Source of the DNA: the human T2T-CHM13v2.0 reference genome, Homo sapiens
Length of the DNA stretch: 64,000 nt
Reading direction: 5' to 3' (one strand)
Assembly (NCBI RefSeq): GCF_009914755.1
Contig: NC_060929.1
Part shown: positions 1-13,281 of the stretch, piece after piece
How the letters are laid out: each line of letters opens with the position of its first letter
How positions within the stretch are numbered: the first letter of the stretch is position 1
Position numbers and translations under genes: made by a program
The notes under the pieces: model-generated
Database searches by the model: none
What the model was told of the DNA's origin: nothing
Seen by the model: only the letters and a program-made list of their open reading frames with translations

Positions 1-399
1 GTCTCAGGAAGACCCAGGATGAGAATATGGAAATAAAAACAAGACAGGTTTCTGAGAAGTTGGTTGCACTATTCAAGTACTATTAAGTCTGTCCTATGCC
101 TTAGCATCTCACAGAAGAGATATGTGCCAATAACTTTTGATGATGGTGCATTAACACAAAGAAATGTAAAGAATCATGAGAGGTCACCTCATCAGTCACC
201 AAGAGTCTCAGCATTCCCATTGCTGGGAATATCAGGTTCCAAAGACAACAGAGAAAACCTTAAGTATCTCTGAGACAAAAACAGAGCTAGAAAGATCATC
301 TTCTCTTGTTTACCTAACAAAGAGCATTTATTCCTGTTCTTCCTTGTCTCTGTTTTCTAGTTAACATGATTCAGCCTTCATACTCAGATCAGGTTTGAC

Positions 400-660
400 A
401 TCTCCAGCCAAGCTTTCCCTGAACTAGTCAATGTCCCAATTACAAGCTCTCAGAAAATTATGTACTGTCTTATCACAGCATATGCCAACATTACAATTAC
501 TCCCTTGTTTATGTGATTATTTTATTATGATTATGACTGCCTCCTCACTAACCTCTAACTTCCACAAGGTCAAGAACTATGCTTGTAATGTGGTGGGCCC
601 TCAAAAAATATTCATTGAATGGAGGAGTGAATGAATGAATAAATAAATGAGTGAATAGAG
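400..660 (+). mobile_element. L2 LINE 3' end fragment (ancient)
   Basis: Ends in the typical L2 terminus ctcaaaaaatattcattgaatggaggagtgaatgaatgaat; boundaries approximate. Confidence 0.6.
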
Positions 661-1477
661 CGTGCTAGTTCATCTCAGAGGCTGCTGGCCTTCCTCATGC
701 TCAACCACAGCATGCTTAGCTTTGACTGGTTTGTCAGTACATGGTCCAGTCATCACTGCCAAGGTAGAAAGTTTGTTTTTATCAATAATTTATGAAGTAC
801 AAATCATTGCAGTTTATGCAAGAAAGAAGGTAAGGTCTTACGGGTTCCTGCTTCAGCTTCTCTAGTTAATCAGATATTCTGAGGTGTGAGTCTGAAGAGT
901 AAAACAGGAAATTTCCTTGTTGGATAAATAACAGGTGATAGAGAAGACTATTTGATAAAGCAGGAAAGGCCATTCTTGGTGACAGTCTAGCAGTAATCCT
1001 AGCAGTTCAGTCCCAGGAACTGTGTTTTGGCTGAGCTTCAGTGCCAGGAAATTTGATTCTTTGAAGGCCTTGGTACTAGACATAAGCTCAACATAGAGGG
1101 AGTATATTCTTTCAAATGAGATGTCCTTCATTAGTCATTGTCCCTAACATTGCCAGAAAAGCATAAAGGTGATAAGGACCAATTTAACTTGTAATAACTT
1201 GGGAGATTTTATTGCCCCTATAAAGCAAATAGGCAATTCAATGAATCAAACCTATTTTTAAAAAGCACACTTTGACAAATTATGTATCACTTTAAAACAA
1301 ACTTATCCATTATCAACATACTACCTCTCGTTACAATTTCAGCCACCTTCCCTTCACCATAACAACTTGCATCCCATGAAAAGTAGAGCTACTAACAGCA
1401 GAAAGATGAGCAGTCCCAATTCAGATATGTCTACCTTCTTTTTGAAAGCTCTCTCAGCCTACCTAAGTGTTTTAAAA

Positions 1478-1801
1478 TAATTTTATCTTTTATTTTAGAT
1501 GCAGGGGTACATGTGCAGTTTTGTTACATGAGTATATTTTATGATGCTGAGGTTTGGAGTACAGATCCCAACACCCAGGTAGTGAGCATAATACCCAATT
1601 GGTAGTTTTTCAACCCATGCTCCTCTCTTTCCCTCCCCCATCTAGCAGTCCACAGTGTCTATGAAATGCATTTTCAAAACGTATATGACCCAGTTATCAC
1701 TACGAAGGTAGCACAGTTCCCATCTTTATGTCCATTAGTATCCAATGTTTAGCTCCCACTTACAAGTGAGAACGTGCAATATTTGGTTTTCTGTTCCTAT
1801 G
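1478..1801 (-). mobile_element. Primate L1 (L1PA13-16/L1PB-like) 3' UTR fragment
   Basis: gggtacatgtgcagttttgttacatg...tttagctcccacttacaagtgagaacgtgc is the reverse complement of an older primate L1 3' end; contains a ~53-bp foreign insert. Confidence 0.85.
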
Positions 1802-2140
1802 CAACATTTTAAATTCTTGTGCACTTAAACTAACCATGGATGGCTTTAAAATGGGAAAAATAAAGACTCCAAAGGAAATGTTTGTCAGCATGCAAATAAA
1901 ATTGGAATATATTAAAAAGTAATAAATATATCAGTTAATTCATGTACTAGATAAAATAAATCAATAGTGCAAAGGAAAAGGCATTTCTAAATAAAAAAAC
2001 TTCTTTCTTAATTTTACTATAATAATAGCTTTGGGCTTCTGTATTTCAACAATTTCGATTTATCAAAATCCACATATTTTGAATTTTAGATAGATTTTGT
2101 ATTATGACTATTAATTGCCTCTAATTACTATTTTCTATTC

Positions 2141-2423
2141 TTTTTTTTTTTTTTGAGGTGGAGTCTCACTCTGTCACCCAGGCTGGAGTGCAACAGCTCA
2201 CTGCAACCTCCAACTCCCGGGTTCAAGCAACTCTCCTGCCTCAGCCTTCCAAACAGCTGGGACTACAGGCACCCACCACCATGCCCAGCTAATTTTTGTG
2301 TTTTTAGTAGAGACGGGGTTTCACCATGTTGGCCAGGCTGGTCTCGATCTCCTGACCTTGTGATCCACCCGCCTCGGCCTCCCTAAGTGCTGGGATTACA
2401 GGTGTGAGCCATCACGCCTGGCC
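2141..2423 (-). mobile_element. Alu (AluS-type)
   Basis: Poly(T) 2141-2154 followed by gaggtggagtctcactctgtcacccaggctggagtg...gcctggcc. Confidence 0.97.
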
Positions 2424-4111
2424 TACTGTTTAATTTTCTAACAAAGTTTTAAATTTATTTAATCTGATTCTGCCTTACTTCCCAAAGCAATCTTTTTGCT
2501 ATGTTGTTTTCAATATACAGAAGCTGCTTTTTTTTTCTAGAATGCCCAAACATATTTCTATCCTTAAGCTTTCTCCCTTAGATAAATGCCTCTCAGTGGG
2601 CTTTAGACTTTAACAGGAGTGCGGCTTTCTCCAGCTGCAACTAACTAAACCCTTTTAGATGAATGACTCAGAAACTTTTCTTACCTTGAGCTGTTTCCAT
2701 TACAGGTATAGTAATTTAACACGGCCATTTTAAAATAAAGCACATCCGTATTTAAATAAGCATAGCCCATGAGAATATTCTTGTGTACTGTTTATAAATC
2801 TAGAAATAAAGTAGCAGGGGCTACATTTCCGTTTAAAACAATGGCAGTGCACTGAAAGGAATGGGAGTGCCAGACGGTGGGTGGGAGGCTGGAGAGGAGA
2901 TCAGATCAGTTCGCATCTGTCTTGAAGGACTTTAGCAGCTGATACCAAGGAACATGCTCTCCCTCCAGACAAACATGTTTTGTTTTGTTTTAAATTTTGG
3001 GAGTTCCTGATTTGCAAAACAGATGGTATCAGACTTTTTCAAGTTCTTTCTTTTTATCCAGAGCAGACATTCTCTGGGTACATGTGTCAGGGAAACACGT
3101 AAGGGTGGTGGTGTGTGTCGGGAAGATGGGATGAGGATAATGTGCAGCTTGAAAAAGTGTATGATATACCTTCTTGAGGAGGAATGAAGCTGGCACAGCT
3201 TTAGGGAATGACTCATAACTTAAGGTGCATTTGATCTAAGGAACAGGCTTTTTTGTGCAGAGGAGCAAAAAAAGGTAAGGAACACTGCTGTTGATAATTA
3301 CGATTGTCTAATCAAGATGTTCACATAGGGAGATATTGTAAACATGCTATCCCCAAGCAGACTCCTTTTTCTGAGTTATCAGCACCATGAGATCATCCAG
3401 GCAAGAGCTCTGGGCAAAGTTGTAAAGAACGGCTTTGGTATAGTCACATCTCTTCTAATGGTGGTCATTTCAACCTCCTGGGCATCTTTTCCTCTCCTGC
3501 TTGGATTTCCAAAGGCCCAGTGCTCCTGTATTGTACCCCTGAATGACTAGACTCTTAACCACATCTCCTACCTAGGCTTATCTTTCCCAAGACAGCACCT
3601 CATGTATTGACTTTATCTTACTCCTCCGTCACAGAGACACTTACCTTCTCAATGTCTCGCATTCATTGGTTGCCTCAAGAGATAATAAATAATTTGGTGT
3701 AAATGTAAATGACTGGTTATGGCTTAAGGTTTTATATCTGCACAGTAATAATTTTGTTTATGCTTATGTATTCTATGTGAGTGAGCTGAAATAGATTGAT
3801 GTTCTAAGATAAAATTGATTTGAACTATGATAGTTAGCAATGATGAGGTGAGTGAATTCTTTAGCAGATATATGTTGATGTGGGGTGTAAAATTTTAAGT
3901 TGGAGTTATAGCAATAATATTTAGGGAAACAAAAAGGATATAAAGAGGTTTTCTAAGCAAGAGAAGCATAGATGATTATCTGCTGCAGAGCTGAACCAGA
4001 TGTTCCAATAGCCCAAAGTGAGCCCAATATTGATTTCTGGTACATTTGTACCAACATACACCCCCAGTAGCCACTTGTGGCAGTATTTATCCACCTAAGA
4101 GATCACAAACC

Positions 4112-4350
4112 AGTGTAGTGTGTATAGTGTTTATTGTGTCAAGTCCTCTGGGCTCATCTCTTTCTAGCTATATGTCCTTGGGCAATTATTCATCATCATT
4201 CTGCTTTAGTTTCTTCATCTGTAAAATTAGAGTTGACATTATCTACCACAAATGTTTTTTATTATTATTAAGTGCATTAGTAAAGATAAAACACCAAGTA
4301 CTGTATCTAGCACATAGTAAGCACTCAATAAATGTTAGCCATTATTATTG
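4112..4350 (+). mobile_element. MIR SINE
   Basis: Core ccttgggcaattatt...agtttcttcatctgtaaaat and 3' end gcacatagtaagcactcaataaatgttagc. Confidence 0.85.
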
Positions 4351-5404
4351 TAGCACTGACAATTATTTTCAGTTTGTATAGCTTTATATCTCCTTAATCT
4401 TTTCAAATTCAATTCTATTGTTATCTTAATTTTTATTTATACCCTAAGTATAAATGAACATTTTTCACATGCTGCATTAGACATTTATTATTTTTATATT
4501 GGAAATTATTGTTTTCCCTTGCTCATTTTTCCTATGTGATTTTTTTTTCTTGCTGACTTGCAGATATTTCCCCAAGGTTGATATTGGCCTTTGAGATTTT
4601 TGAAATTATTTTAAAAAGGATATTCCCCTTTAAAAATTCAAATAATACATTTTTCAGACATGAAAGTTATATGAAGTATATTTCAAGACACCAAGATCTT
4701 ATGGTTATTTTAAATATGAACAAACTGAAGGCTGAAATCTTATAGACATAAAATAAAATCTGGAAAACATATATACATATAGATACATACATACACTTCA
4801 TGAGGCTTTTGTTAGCAACGCTTCCATATACTTTTTGTAGCACTCCTATAAACAAGGTCTTTGAAGTACTTTTCAATTATGAGATGTTAGAAGTGTATTA
4901 ATATAACATCACACTGCCCTTTCTTACCCAGCTTATTGCAGCTAGGTCTTCTTCAACAAGACTCCTCTACACATGAAATGCACCAAGTCCAGCTACTTTT
5001 ACAGAGCAAGAGCATCCAGAGAAGTTACACGCTCTATAAAGAACAGAGACAAGGCATTTCCGTTTGTTTCACAGGACATATTTCTTTTTTAAAATTAGAA
5101 CAGAAATGTTGACAGCTTCAATGTATACAATGCTGAGAGGACTTTATCTTAAGTCAAAGAACATCAATTAAGCTAATGTACCCATTAAAGCTAAGTCTCA
5201 AGTGAGGTTTAAGTAAGGTTTTGAAGATTCTGGTTAGATGTTCATTAAAGCCTTGTCATTATTTTTACTGTTTCTCAACAAAATGTAAGACATTTTGATA
5301 TCACACACATAAAAAGCAAGCTCCAACAGAATAGTTTATGTCCAACTGCTAGTAGTCATCTGTCAGCATAAAGATACTTAGATGTCCTTAATTTTTTTTA
5401 TAAC

Positions 5405-6000
5405 TTCATTCAATAACAGTCCTTGCTGTTGAATCAAATATTTAATGATTGTCTACTATGTGCCAGGGCTGGAAACACACAATAAACACAATACCTCTAT
5501 CTTATCAATCATGGAATTTAGGGACCAGTGGGGATGACAGCACAGTAAGAGAAGTTATGGGGAGCTCCTAAACAGCTTCCTGGAAGAAGTGACCTCCAAG
5601 TTAAGATCTTAAAAATAATGAACACACTTAAGAGAAATAAATTCCAAGCATAGAAAAATGCAATTGCAAATGTGTAGAAAAGAAATAGTAAAGCTTTAGA
5701 GGGACAGAAAATATTATACCATTGGTGGGTAGCAAGAGGTAAGTAATGAATTATATTAAAGGGCTCAGGTAAAAGATCTAGCTTTAGATGTTCATTGAAG
5801 CTGCAGGATAAATTGAGATTTACCAAAAAAAATTTAAAATTTTTTTTAAAAGTATAAAGTAAGAAGAGACAAGGGCCTAGGACAGTACTCATGGAGAGCA
5901 GATTTTAAGTAACCAACAGATGAAAATATATTCACAAAGAAGGCTGAGAAAAGGGAAGAAGGCAGGGAGGAAGGGATCTAGAGGAGGACAGAGACAGAGG
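5405..6000 (-). mobile_element. L2 LINE fragment
   Basis: ttcattcaataac...tactatgtgccagg is a reversed L2 3' end followed by purine-rich L2 body; boundaries approximate. Confidence 0.6.
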
Positions 6001-6044
6001 AAAACTAGAAGAGCATGATGTCCCCAAATACAAGGAAAGATGGG

Positions 6045-6235
6045 GACCTATTCTTCAATGGGTGCAGTTTTCATTTGGGATGATAAAAAACTTTGAAAAT
6101 AGATAATGGTGTTGGTTGAACAATATTGTGAACATAATTACTGACATGGAAGTGTACATTAAAAATTGTTAAAATGGCAAATGTTATGTTATATATGTTA
6201 CTTATAATTAAAAATAGCAACATAAAATAAAAGAA
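6045..6235 (+). mobile_element. L1MB-like 3' end
   Basis: aatgggtgcagttttcatttgggatgataaaaa...aaaatggcaaatgttatgttatatatg followed by an A-rich tail. Confidence 0.75.
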
Positions 6236-6838
6236 ACAAGTACTCCAAGAAGGAGGATGTGATCAAATACTGTTTGCTCTTAAAAGTTCTAGGATTTAAT
6301 TTGTGGTACTAGTAAGTGCTTCAGAGAAGAGAAGAGGAGAGAAGAGGGGTCAGGATGCAGTGGGCTGAAAAGTGTTATAGATAGGGAAGTGGGATTGGCA
6401 AATGTAGACACATCTTTAAAGAGCCTTGTCTGGTAAGAGCAGTAGACAGATAAGGTGGCAGCTGGAGGGAACCCTGGAGTTGAAAGACATACTACCTTTT
6501 TAAGATGGCAGTAATTGAGCATGTTAATATGCTAATGGGAAAAAGCCAATAGAAAAAGAGAGGTTAAAGCTACTGAGAAATAACATCTGACAAGGAGAAG
6601 CAAGGAGTCTAAAGAGAAAATGGATGTCTGGAGAAGACAACATTTTGGGCAAGCAGCCCTACTCAAGCACAGCAGAGATCTAAGGAACAGGGTAGTCCCA
6701 GGCAAAGTGGTGAAAGGGGAGGGGGTGGCACTGAGTGGGAAAGAATTAAGCCTGTTAACATCAGCCTCTTACAGTGGAGGGATTAGTCAACTCAGTTTAC
6801 TCGAGTGAGTCAGTTATGCAATCTTACACCATACACAT

Positions 6839-9169
6839 TAATACAGTTTGGCTCTGTGTCCCCACCCAAATCTCATCTCAAATTGAAATCCCCATGTGTA
6901 GGGGGAGGAACCTGGTAAGAGGTGACTGGATCATGTAGTTTCCCCCATACTGTTCTCATGATAGTGAGTGAGTTCTTATGAGATCCAATGGTTTAAAAGT
7001 ATGGGGCAGTTCCCCTCACCTCCTGCCGCCATGTAAGACATTCCTGCTTCCCCGTTTGCCTTCCACCATGACAGTAAGTTTCTTGAGGCCTCCCCAGACA
7101 TATGGAACTGTGAGTCAATTGAACCATGTTTCTTTATAAATTACCCAGTCACAGATAGTTTTTATAGCCATGTGAAAGTAGACTAATACAGAAAATTGGT
7201 AATGCAGAAAGTGGGGCATTGCTATAAAGATAACCTGAAAGTGTTGAAGTGACTTTGGAATGGGTAATGAGCAGAGATTGGAACAGTTTGGAAGTCACAG
7301 AAGAAGACAGGAAGATTTGGGAAAGTTTGGAACTTTCTATAGATTTGTTAAATGGTTTTGACCAAAATGCTGATACAAACAATGAATTCAAGGCTGAAGT
7401 GGTCTCAGGTGGAAATGAGGAACTTATTGGGAATAGAGCAAAGGTCACTCTTGCTATGCTTTAGCAAAGAGGCTCCTAGTTATACAACCAATAAGCTAGT
7501 TGGCTGGCTGTGTCCTAGAGATTTTTCCCATTCCCTGGAGATCTGTGGAACTTTGAACATGAGAAAGATTATTTAGGGTATATGGAAGAAGAAACTTCTA
7601 AGTGGCAAAGCATTCTGAGTGCTTTTTCTGAAAGCGTACAGTCATATGTGTTCACAAAGAGAAGTTCTGAAGTTGGAACTTCTGTTTGAAAGGGAAGCAA
7701 AGCATAAAAGTTTGGAAAATTTGCAGCCTGACCATGTGGTAGAAAAGAAAAATCCATTTTCTGGAGAGACATTCAAGCCAGCTGCAGAAATTTGCATAAG
7801 TAACAAGGAGCCAAATGTTAGGGAGAAATGTCTCCAGGGCATTTCAGAGATCTTCAAGGCAGCCCCTCTCATCACAGGCCCAGAGGCCTAGGAGGGAAAA
7901 ATGGTTTTGTGTGCCAGGCCTAGGGCCCTGCTGTTTGGTGCAGCCTTGGGACATGGAGCCCTGAATCCCAGCTGCTCCAGTTCCAGCCATGGCTAAAAGG
8001 GGCCAAGGCAAAGCTTGGGCCATTGCTTTGAAAAGTGGAAGCCCCATGCCTTTGTGGTTTCCACGTGGTGTTGGGACTGCAGGTTTGCAGAAGACAAGAG
8101 TTGAGCTTTGGAAACCCCCACGACATTTCAGAGGATATACGGAAATGGCTGGATGTCCAGGCAGAAGTCTGCTGCAGGGGTGGAGCCCTCATGGAGAACC
8201 TCTACTAGGGCAATGCAGAGGGGAAACATGGAATTGGAGCCCCGACATGGAGTCCCCACTGGGAAACCACATGGTGGAGCTGTGAGAAAAGGGCCACCAT
8301 CCTCCACATCCCAGGATGGTAGATCCACCAACAGCTTGCACTGTGTACATGGAAAAGCCACAGGCACTCAACAGCAGCCTGTGAAGGCAGCCATGAGGGC
8401 TATACCCTGAAGAGCCACAGGAATGGAGCTTCCCAAGGCCCTGGGAGCCCACTCTTTGGATCACTGTGCCCTTGATATAAGACCTGAAGTCAGAGGAGAT
8501 CATTTTGGAACTTTAAGATTTGATGACTGCCTTGTTGGGTTTCAGATTTCCAGGGGGGCTGTAACCCTTTTGTTTTGGCCAATCTCCCATTTGGAACAGA
8601 AACATTTACTCATTGTATCTTGGAAGTAACTAACTTGTTTTTCTATTTTACAGGATCATAGGCAGAAGGGTCTTGCCTTGTCTCAGATGAGACTTTGAAC
8701 TTTGACTTTTAAGTTAATGCTGGAATGATTTAAGACTTTGGGGGACTTCTGGGAAGGCATGATTGGTTTGGAAATGTGAAAAGGACATGAGATTTGGGAA
8801 GGGACAGGGGTGGAATGGGCTGGTTTGACTCTGTGTCTCCAACAAAATGTCATCTCAAATTGTAATCCCCACATGTTGAGGGAAGGACCTGGTGGAAGGT
8901 AAGTGGATCATATAGGTGTTTTCTCCTGTACTGTTCTCATGATAGTGAGTAAGTTCTCACAAGATCTGATGGTTTAAAAGTACATGGTGCTCCCCCCTTT
9001 CCTGCTGCCACATAAAAAGTGCCTGCTTCCCATTCACCTTCCATCATGCTGGTAAGTTTCCTGAGGCCTCCCCAGCCATATGGAACAGCAAGTCAATTAA
9101 ACCACTTTTCTTTATAAGTTACCCAGTCTCAGGTGGTTCTATATAGCAGTGTGAAAATGGACTAATACA
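6839..9169 (+). mobile_element. Full THE1 (THE1D-like) MaLR element: LTR 6839-7190, internal 7191-8815, LTR 8816-9169
   Basis: Two direct LTRs, both ending gactaataca; THE1-int sequence between them; purine-rich tract before the 3' LTR; perfect 5-bp TSD CACAT (6834-6838 and 9170-9174). Confidence 0.95.
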
Positions 9170-9780
9170 CACATTGACATGTCTCTGGAACTTTCCTTTA
9201 CTACAGTATATTCTTAGGTAAAACTCTTGCTTCTCTGACTTAAGATTTGAGAAGGAATAGCAGATAAAAATTCTTCAGAAAGAAAACCACTGATTCTAAA
9301 ACATGAACTAGCTAACAGCCTAGTTTATCACCTACCTTTATCTCAGATAAATGGTTGCCTTATCCATTTTTAAAGGATCTTAAAATAAGATTCATCAGGC
9401 CTATTAGTCTATCCCATGGTTTAATCATCCATAAAGACAAGACCCTTCTTTATCAAACAGAACTCTGTAGGTGAAATTTTATTCTCTATTTTCTCTTACT
9501 CTGGTCTGTACAGTGGGATAGTGGGATATTGAGGGCAATGGCTAAATGCACCTCAGTCACTGATTTATTAGATTAAATAAACCCATAGTCTCAGCTCTTA
9601 CTCCCAGACTCTACCTCTAACTTATTTTTCAACTCTTTTCCCAGGCTTGTTCCAATTTCTCAACATTACTCTTGCTGATCAATATCTGTCTCTTTATTTC
9701 TGTTTTTCTTCCTATTTTCCTTAAACATCTGTCAATGTCAATGTTTGACGCTGTTTTAATCAATCTTTAAAGAATTGCTG

Positions 9781-11093
9781 ACTATTGTGAATAATGTTGC
9801 AGTAAACAGGAGTACAGATAACACTTCAACATACTTATTTCATTTCCTTTGGATATGTACTTAGCAGTGGGATTGCTGGATCATATGATAGTTCTACTTT
9901 TAATTATTTGAGAAACCTCCATGCTGTTTTCCATAACAGATGTATTAATTTACATGCCTACCAGCAGTGTGTAAGGGTTCTCTTTTCTTCACGTCCTCAC
10001 CAACACTTGTTATCTTTTGATTTTTTTTACAGTAGCTACTCTGAATTGAATGAGGTGATGTTCCATTTTAGTTTTGATTTGCATTTCCCTGATGATTAAT
10101 GATGTTGAGTACCTTTTATACATTTGTTGGTCATTTATATGTCTTCTTCTGAGAAATTTCTATTCAGATCATTTGCCCATTTTTAAATTGGGTTTTTCTG
10201 TTGTTGTTGAGTTGTTTGATCTCCTTACATATTTGAATACTAACCCTTTATCAGATGTATAGTTTGCAAACATATTCTGCCATTCTGTAGATTGTCTCTT
10301 CACTCTGTTAATTGCTTCTTTTGCTATGCAGAAGCTTTTTTAGTTTGATATAATTCTGTTTTTCTATATTTTGTCTATATGTAGCTCATGCTTTTGAGGT
10401 CTTATCCAAAAAAACCCTTGCCTAGACCAACATTATAAGCTTTTCCTTTATGTTTTCTTCTAGCAATATTCATAATAACCAAGACATAGAATCAACCTAA
10501 ATGTCCATCAATGGTTGAATGGATAAAGAAAATGTGGTATTATGCACAATGGAATACTATTCAGCCATTAAAAACATGAAATCCTGTTGTTTGTAGCAAC
10601 ACAGATAAACCTAGAGGACAATGTGTTAAGTGAACTTAACGTAAAATTTTTAAGTGAAATAGGCCAGGCACATAATGAGAAATGCCACATGATCTCACTC
10701 ATACATGGAATCTAAAACGTTGTTCAGAGAAACAGAGAGTAGAATAGTGGTTACCAGAGAATGGAAAAGGTAAGGGATGGCAGTGTGGTGACAGTTGGTC
10801 AACAGGTACAAAGCTACAGTTAAGAGGAATAAGTTTTGGTATTCTGTTGCATAGTAGAATGAAAAGCGTTAACAATAACATATTGCATATTTCAAAATAG
10901 CTAGAAGACAGGTTTTTGAATGTTCTCACCACAAAGAAATGATCAATGTTCAAGGCAATGGATATGTCAATTACCCTGATTTGAACATTACATAATGCTT
11001 ACATGTATCAAAACATCATAGTGTACCCCATAAATATGTACCATTTTTATATGTTAATCGTACACTTTCAAATTAAAATATTTATCATAAAAA
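9781..11093. mobile_element. L1MA element with 5' inversion (minus 9781-10467, plus 10468-11093)
   Basis: Antisense L1 ORF2 sequence switches to sense at attcataataaccaag and runs to the 3' end; degenerate TSD aaagaattgctg/aaagagctgcta. Confidence 0.88.
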
Positions 11094-11234
11094 AGAGCTG
11101 CTAGGGAAGATTCCCAACTAGTTCCTTGCTTCTGTAATTTAAAACTGATTTCTCACTGAATTTCTTCTCTTCATTAGTCCTGTAGCCTATGTCTGTTTCT
11201 CAGGTTCCAGCTTTATAACCTATTATGAATCCTA

Positions 11235-11850
11235 TCATTTATTCAAAAAATATTTATGGAGACCATTCTATGTTCCACAAACCATGACAGGCATTGGCTT
11301 TACAAAAGAAAGAAATACAGATATAGATCCTGCCCTACAGTTTAGGGAAGTAGTCAAACCAAATAATCATATAAATACATGTAAAATTGTAACTTTAGTA
11401 AGTGGGGTGAAGTAGAGTGTTGGTAGTATGAGAACAGAAAATAAGTGAATTTGACCTAGTTATTGATGTAAAAAAAACAGGTAGTAACTGTGCTGAGGCC
11501 TAAAAGAGAAGTAGGAAGTAACAAGATAAATGAGTCCATAGAAGGGAGAAAGGGCTTGATGGGGCAGGAGTCAGCATCTGAAGATGCCTTTGGAGAAACA
11601 GAGTGTGAGGCAAGAGGGATTGAGAGGGGCCAGTAGGTGGGAAAAGGGAGACTGAGTAAGAATGCTGCATGGAATTAGGATAAACGTGTAGAAGGGTTTT
11701 GTTAAGGATCGTGGTCTTTGAAATGAGCACTATGGTCACAGTGTTTAGTGCCAGTTGGAGGGTGACTGAAACGTTATTGACTACTGGTCAGGAAGCAATT
11801 GTAGTGGCCTAGGATCACTTAGTGGGCTTAGTATTTTAAACTAAGATGGG
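11235..11850 (-). mobile_element. L2 LINE fragment
   Basis: tcatttattcaaaaaatatttatggagaccattctatgttcc is a reversed L2 terminus; boundaries approximate. Confidence 0.65.
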
Positions 11851-11869
11851 TTCAAGAGGTAAAAAATAC

Positions 11870-12170
11870 TTGTCCTTTTGTCACTGGCTTATTTCACTTA
11901 GCACACTTTTATGAGGTACCTAAAGTATTCAAATTAATAGTGACAGAAAGTGGAATGGTGGTTTTCTAGGGTCAAGAGGAGGGGGAATGGAAAGTTAGTA
12001 TTTAATGGGTAGAGTTTCAGCTGGGGAAGATGAAAAAGTTCTGGAGATGGAGGGTAGTGGTATTTGCAAAACACTGTGAATGTATTTAATGCCATGGAAC
12101 TGTAGACTTAAAAATAGCTAAGTGGTAAATTTTATGTCATATATATTTGACTACAATTTGAAGAAAACAT
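11870..12170 (+). mobile_element. L1MB 3' end with short 5' inversion (11870-11903)
   Basis: atgaggtacctaaagtattcaaattaatagtgacagaaagtggaatggtgg is L1MB 3' UTR, preceded by the reverse complement of tgctaagtgaaataagccag. Confidence 0.85.
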
Positions 12171-12366
12171 AACCAAATTTTGGGTAAAAAGTTTTTTACA
12201 CCAAAATAGAACATATTTAATTCAAATTCAAACATGACAATTTTGTGCCAACATCATTTAAAGTGGAAAGATTAGTTCACAATAGCCAAAAAGAGGAAAC
12301 AACCTAAGTGTTAATCAAACTTCTAAATAATAAAGATAAAATAACATTTTAAAAGACACTGGAGTT

Positions 12367-12652
12367 GGCTTGGCACAGTGCTCATCCCTGTAATCCCAAC
12401 ACTTTGGGAGACTGAAGCAGAAGGATCACTTGAGCCAAAGAGTTTGAGACTAGCCAGGGCAACATAGTGAGACCTCATCTCTACAAAAACATGAAAAATT
12501 AGCCAGGTGTGGTGGCATGTGCCTGTGGTCCCAGCTACTCAGGAGGCTAATATGAGGGGAATGCTTGAGCCTGGGAAGTTAAGCCTGCAGTAGTAACCCG
12601 TGATCACACCACTGCAACAGAGCAAGACCCTGTCTCCATTAAAGAAAAAAAA
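12367..12652 (+). mobile_element. Alu (AluJ-type)
   Basis: ggatcacttgagcc...gggcaacatagtgagacc are J-type diagnostics; A tail present. Confidence 0.93.
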
Positions 12653-12689
12653 GGAGAAGAAAAGAAGCTGCCAGATAAATAAAAGAAAT

Positions 12690-12782
12690 ATGTAAGGTCT
12701 AAAATACAGTTACCATAAGAAATTAAGCTGACTTCTTAGCTGAAATTATAGAAGTCAGAAGACAATGGAATGAGGTATTTTT
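12690..12782 (+). mobile_element. Old L1M ORF1 fragment (resumes at ~14875)
   Basis: gctgacttcttagctgaaattatagaagtcagaagacaatggaatg matches L1M ORF1 C-terminal coding sequence. Confidence 0.65.
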
Positions 12783-13281
12783 AGCTTGTTTATATTAACC
12801 TTCATTTATTTTGAATTTTAAAGATAATATACATACATGGTGGAAAATTTATTGTTTGATTTTTTTTTTTTAGCAACCTCAGGATTTTATGGTAGTAAAA
12901 TGAAGCATGGATCCTGGACAGTCAGTGTTAATTGTATTCGTCACTACTAACCTTTCCTCTTCAGCTGTTATTATCATTTTGTTATTATTAAAGTGCCTCT
13001 GTGATCTGACAAACTTGTTTCCAACCCCTGCAGAATGTGGGTAGAGGTAGAATTTCTTACTGCAATACTAAAAATAATGAATCTTTCCAAACTTACTAAT
13101 ACAAAATATTAACTTTCATAGAATTTTAGAGACTGGAAGGCCTTTAGCAATCATCTATTTCCCCCTTTCATTTTATAAATTATTAAATCAACTTTAAATA
13201 CTGTAAAGTACATTTTGGACATTTTTAAACTATGTAAACTTACAACCTACTTTCATTGTCTGTTCTAGTCTTTCAGCACAT

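Noticed and set aside
2153-2386. Alu-derived ORFs (also 14088, 34554, 39216, 40021, 60851)
   Set aside because: Typical Alu translations, not genes.
7149-8874. Dense cluster of overlapping ORFs (also at 23556-25133 and 30049-32255)
   Set aside because: All lie in THE1 LTR or internal sequence; they are fragments of the decayed MaLR ORF or chance frames.
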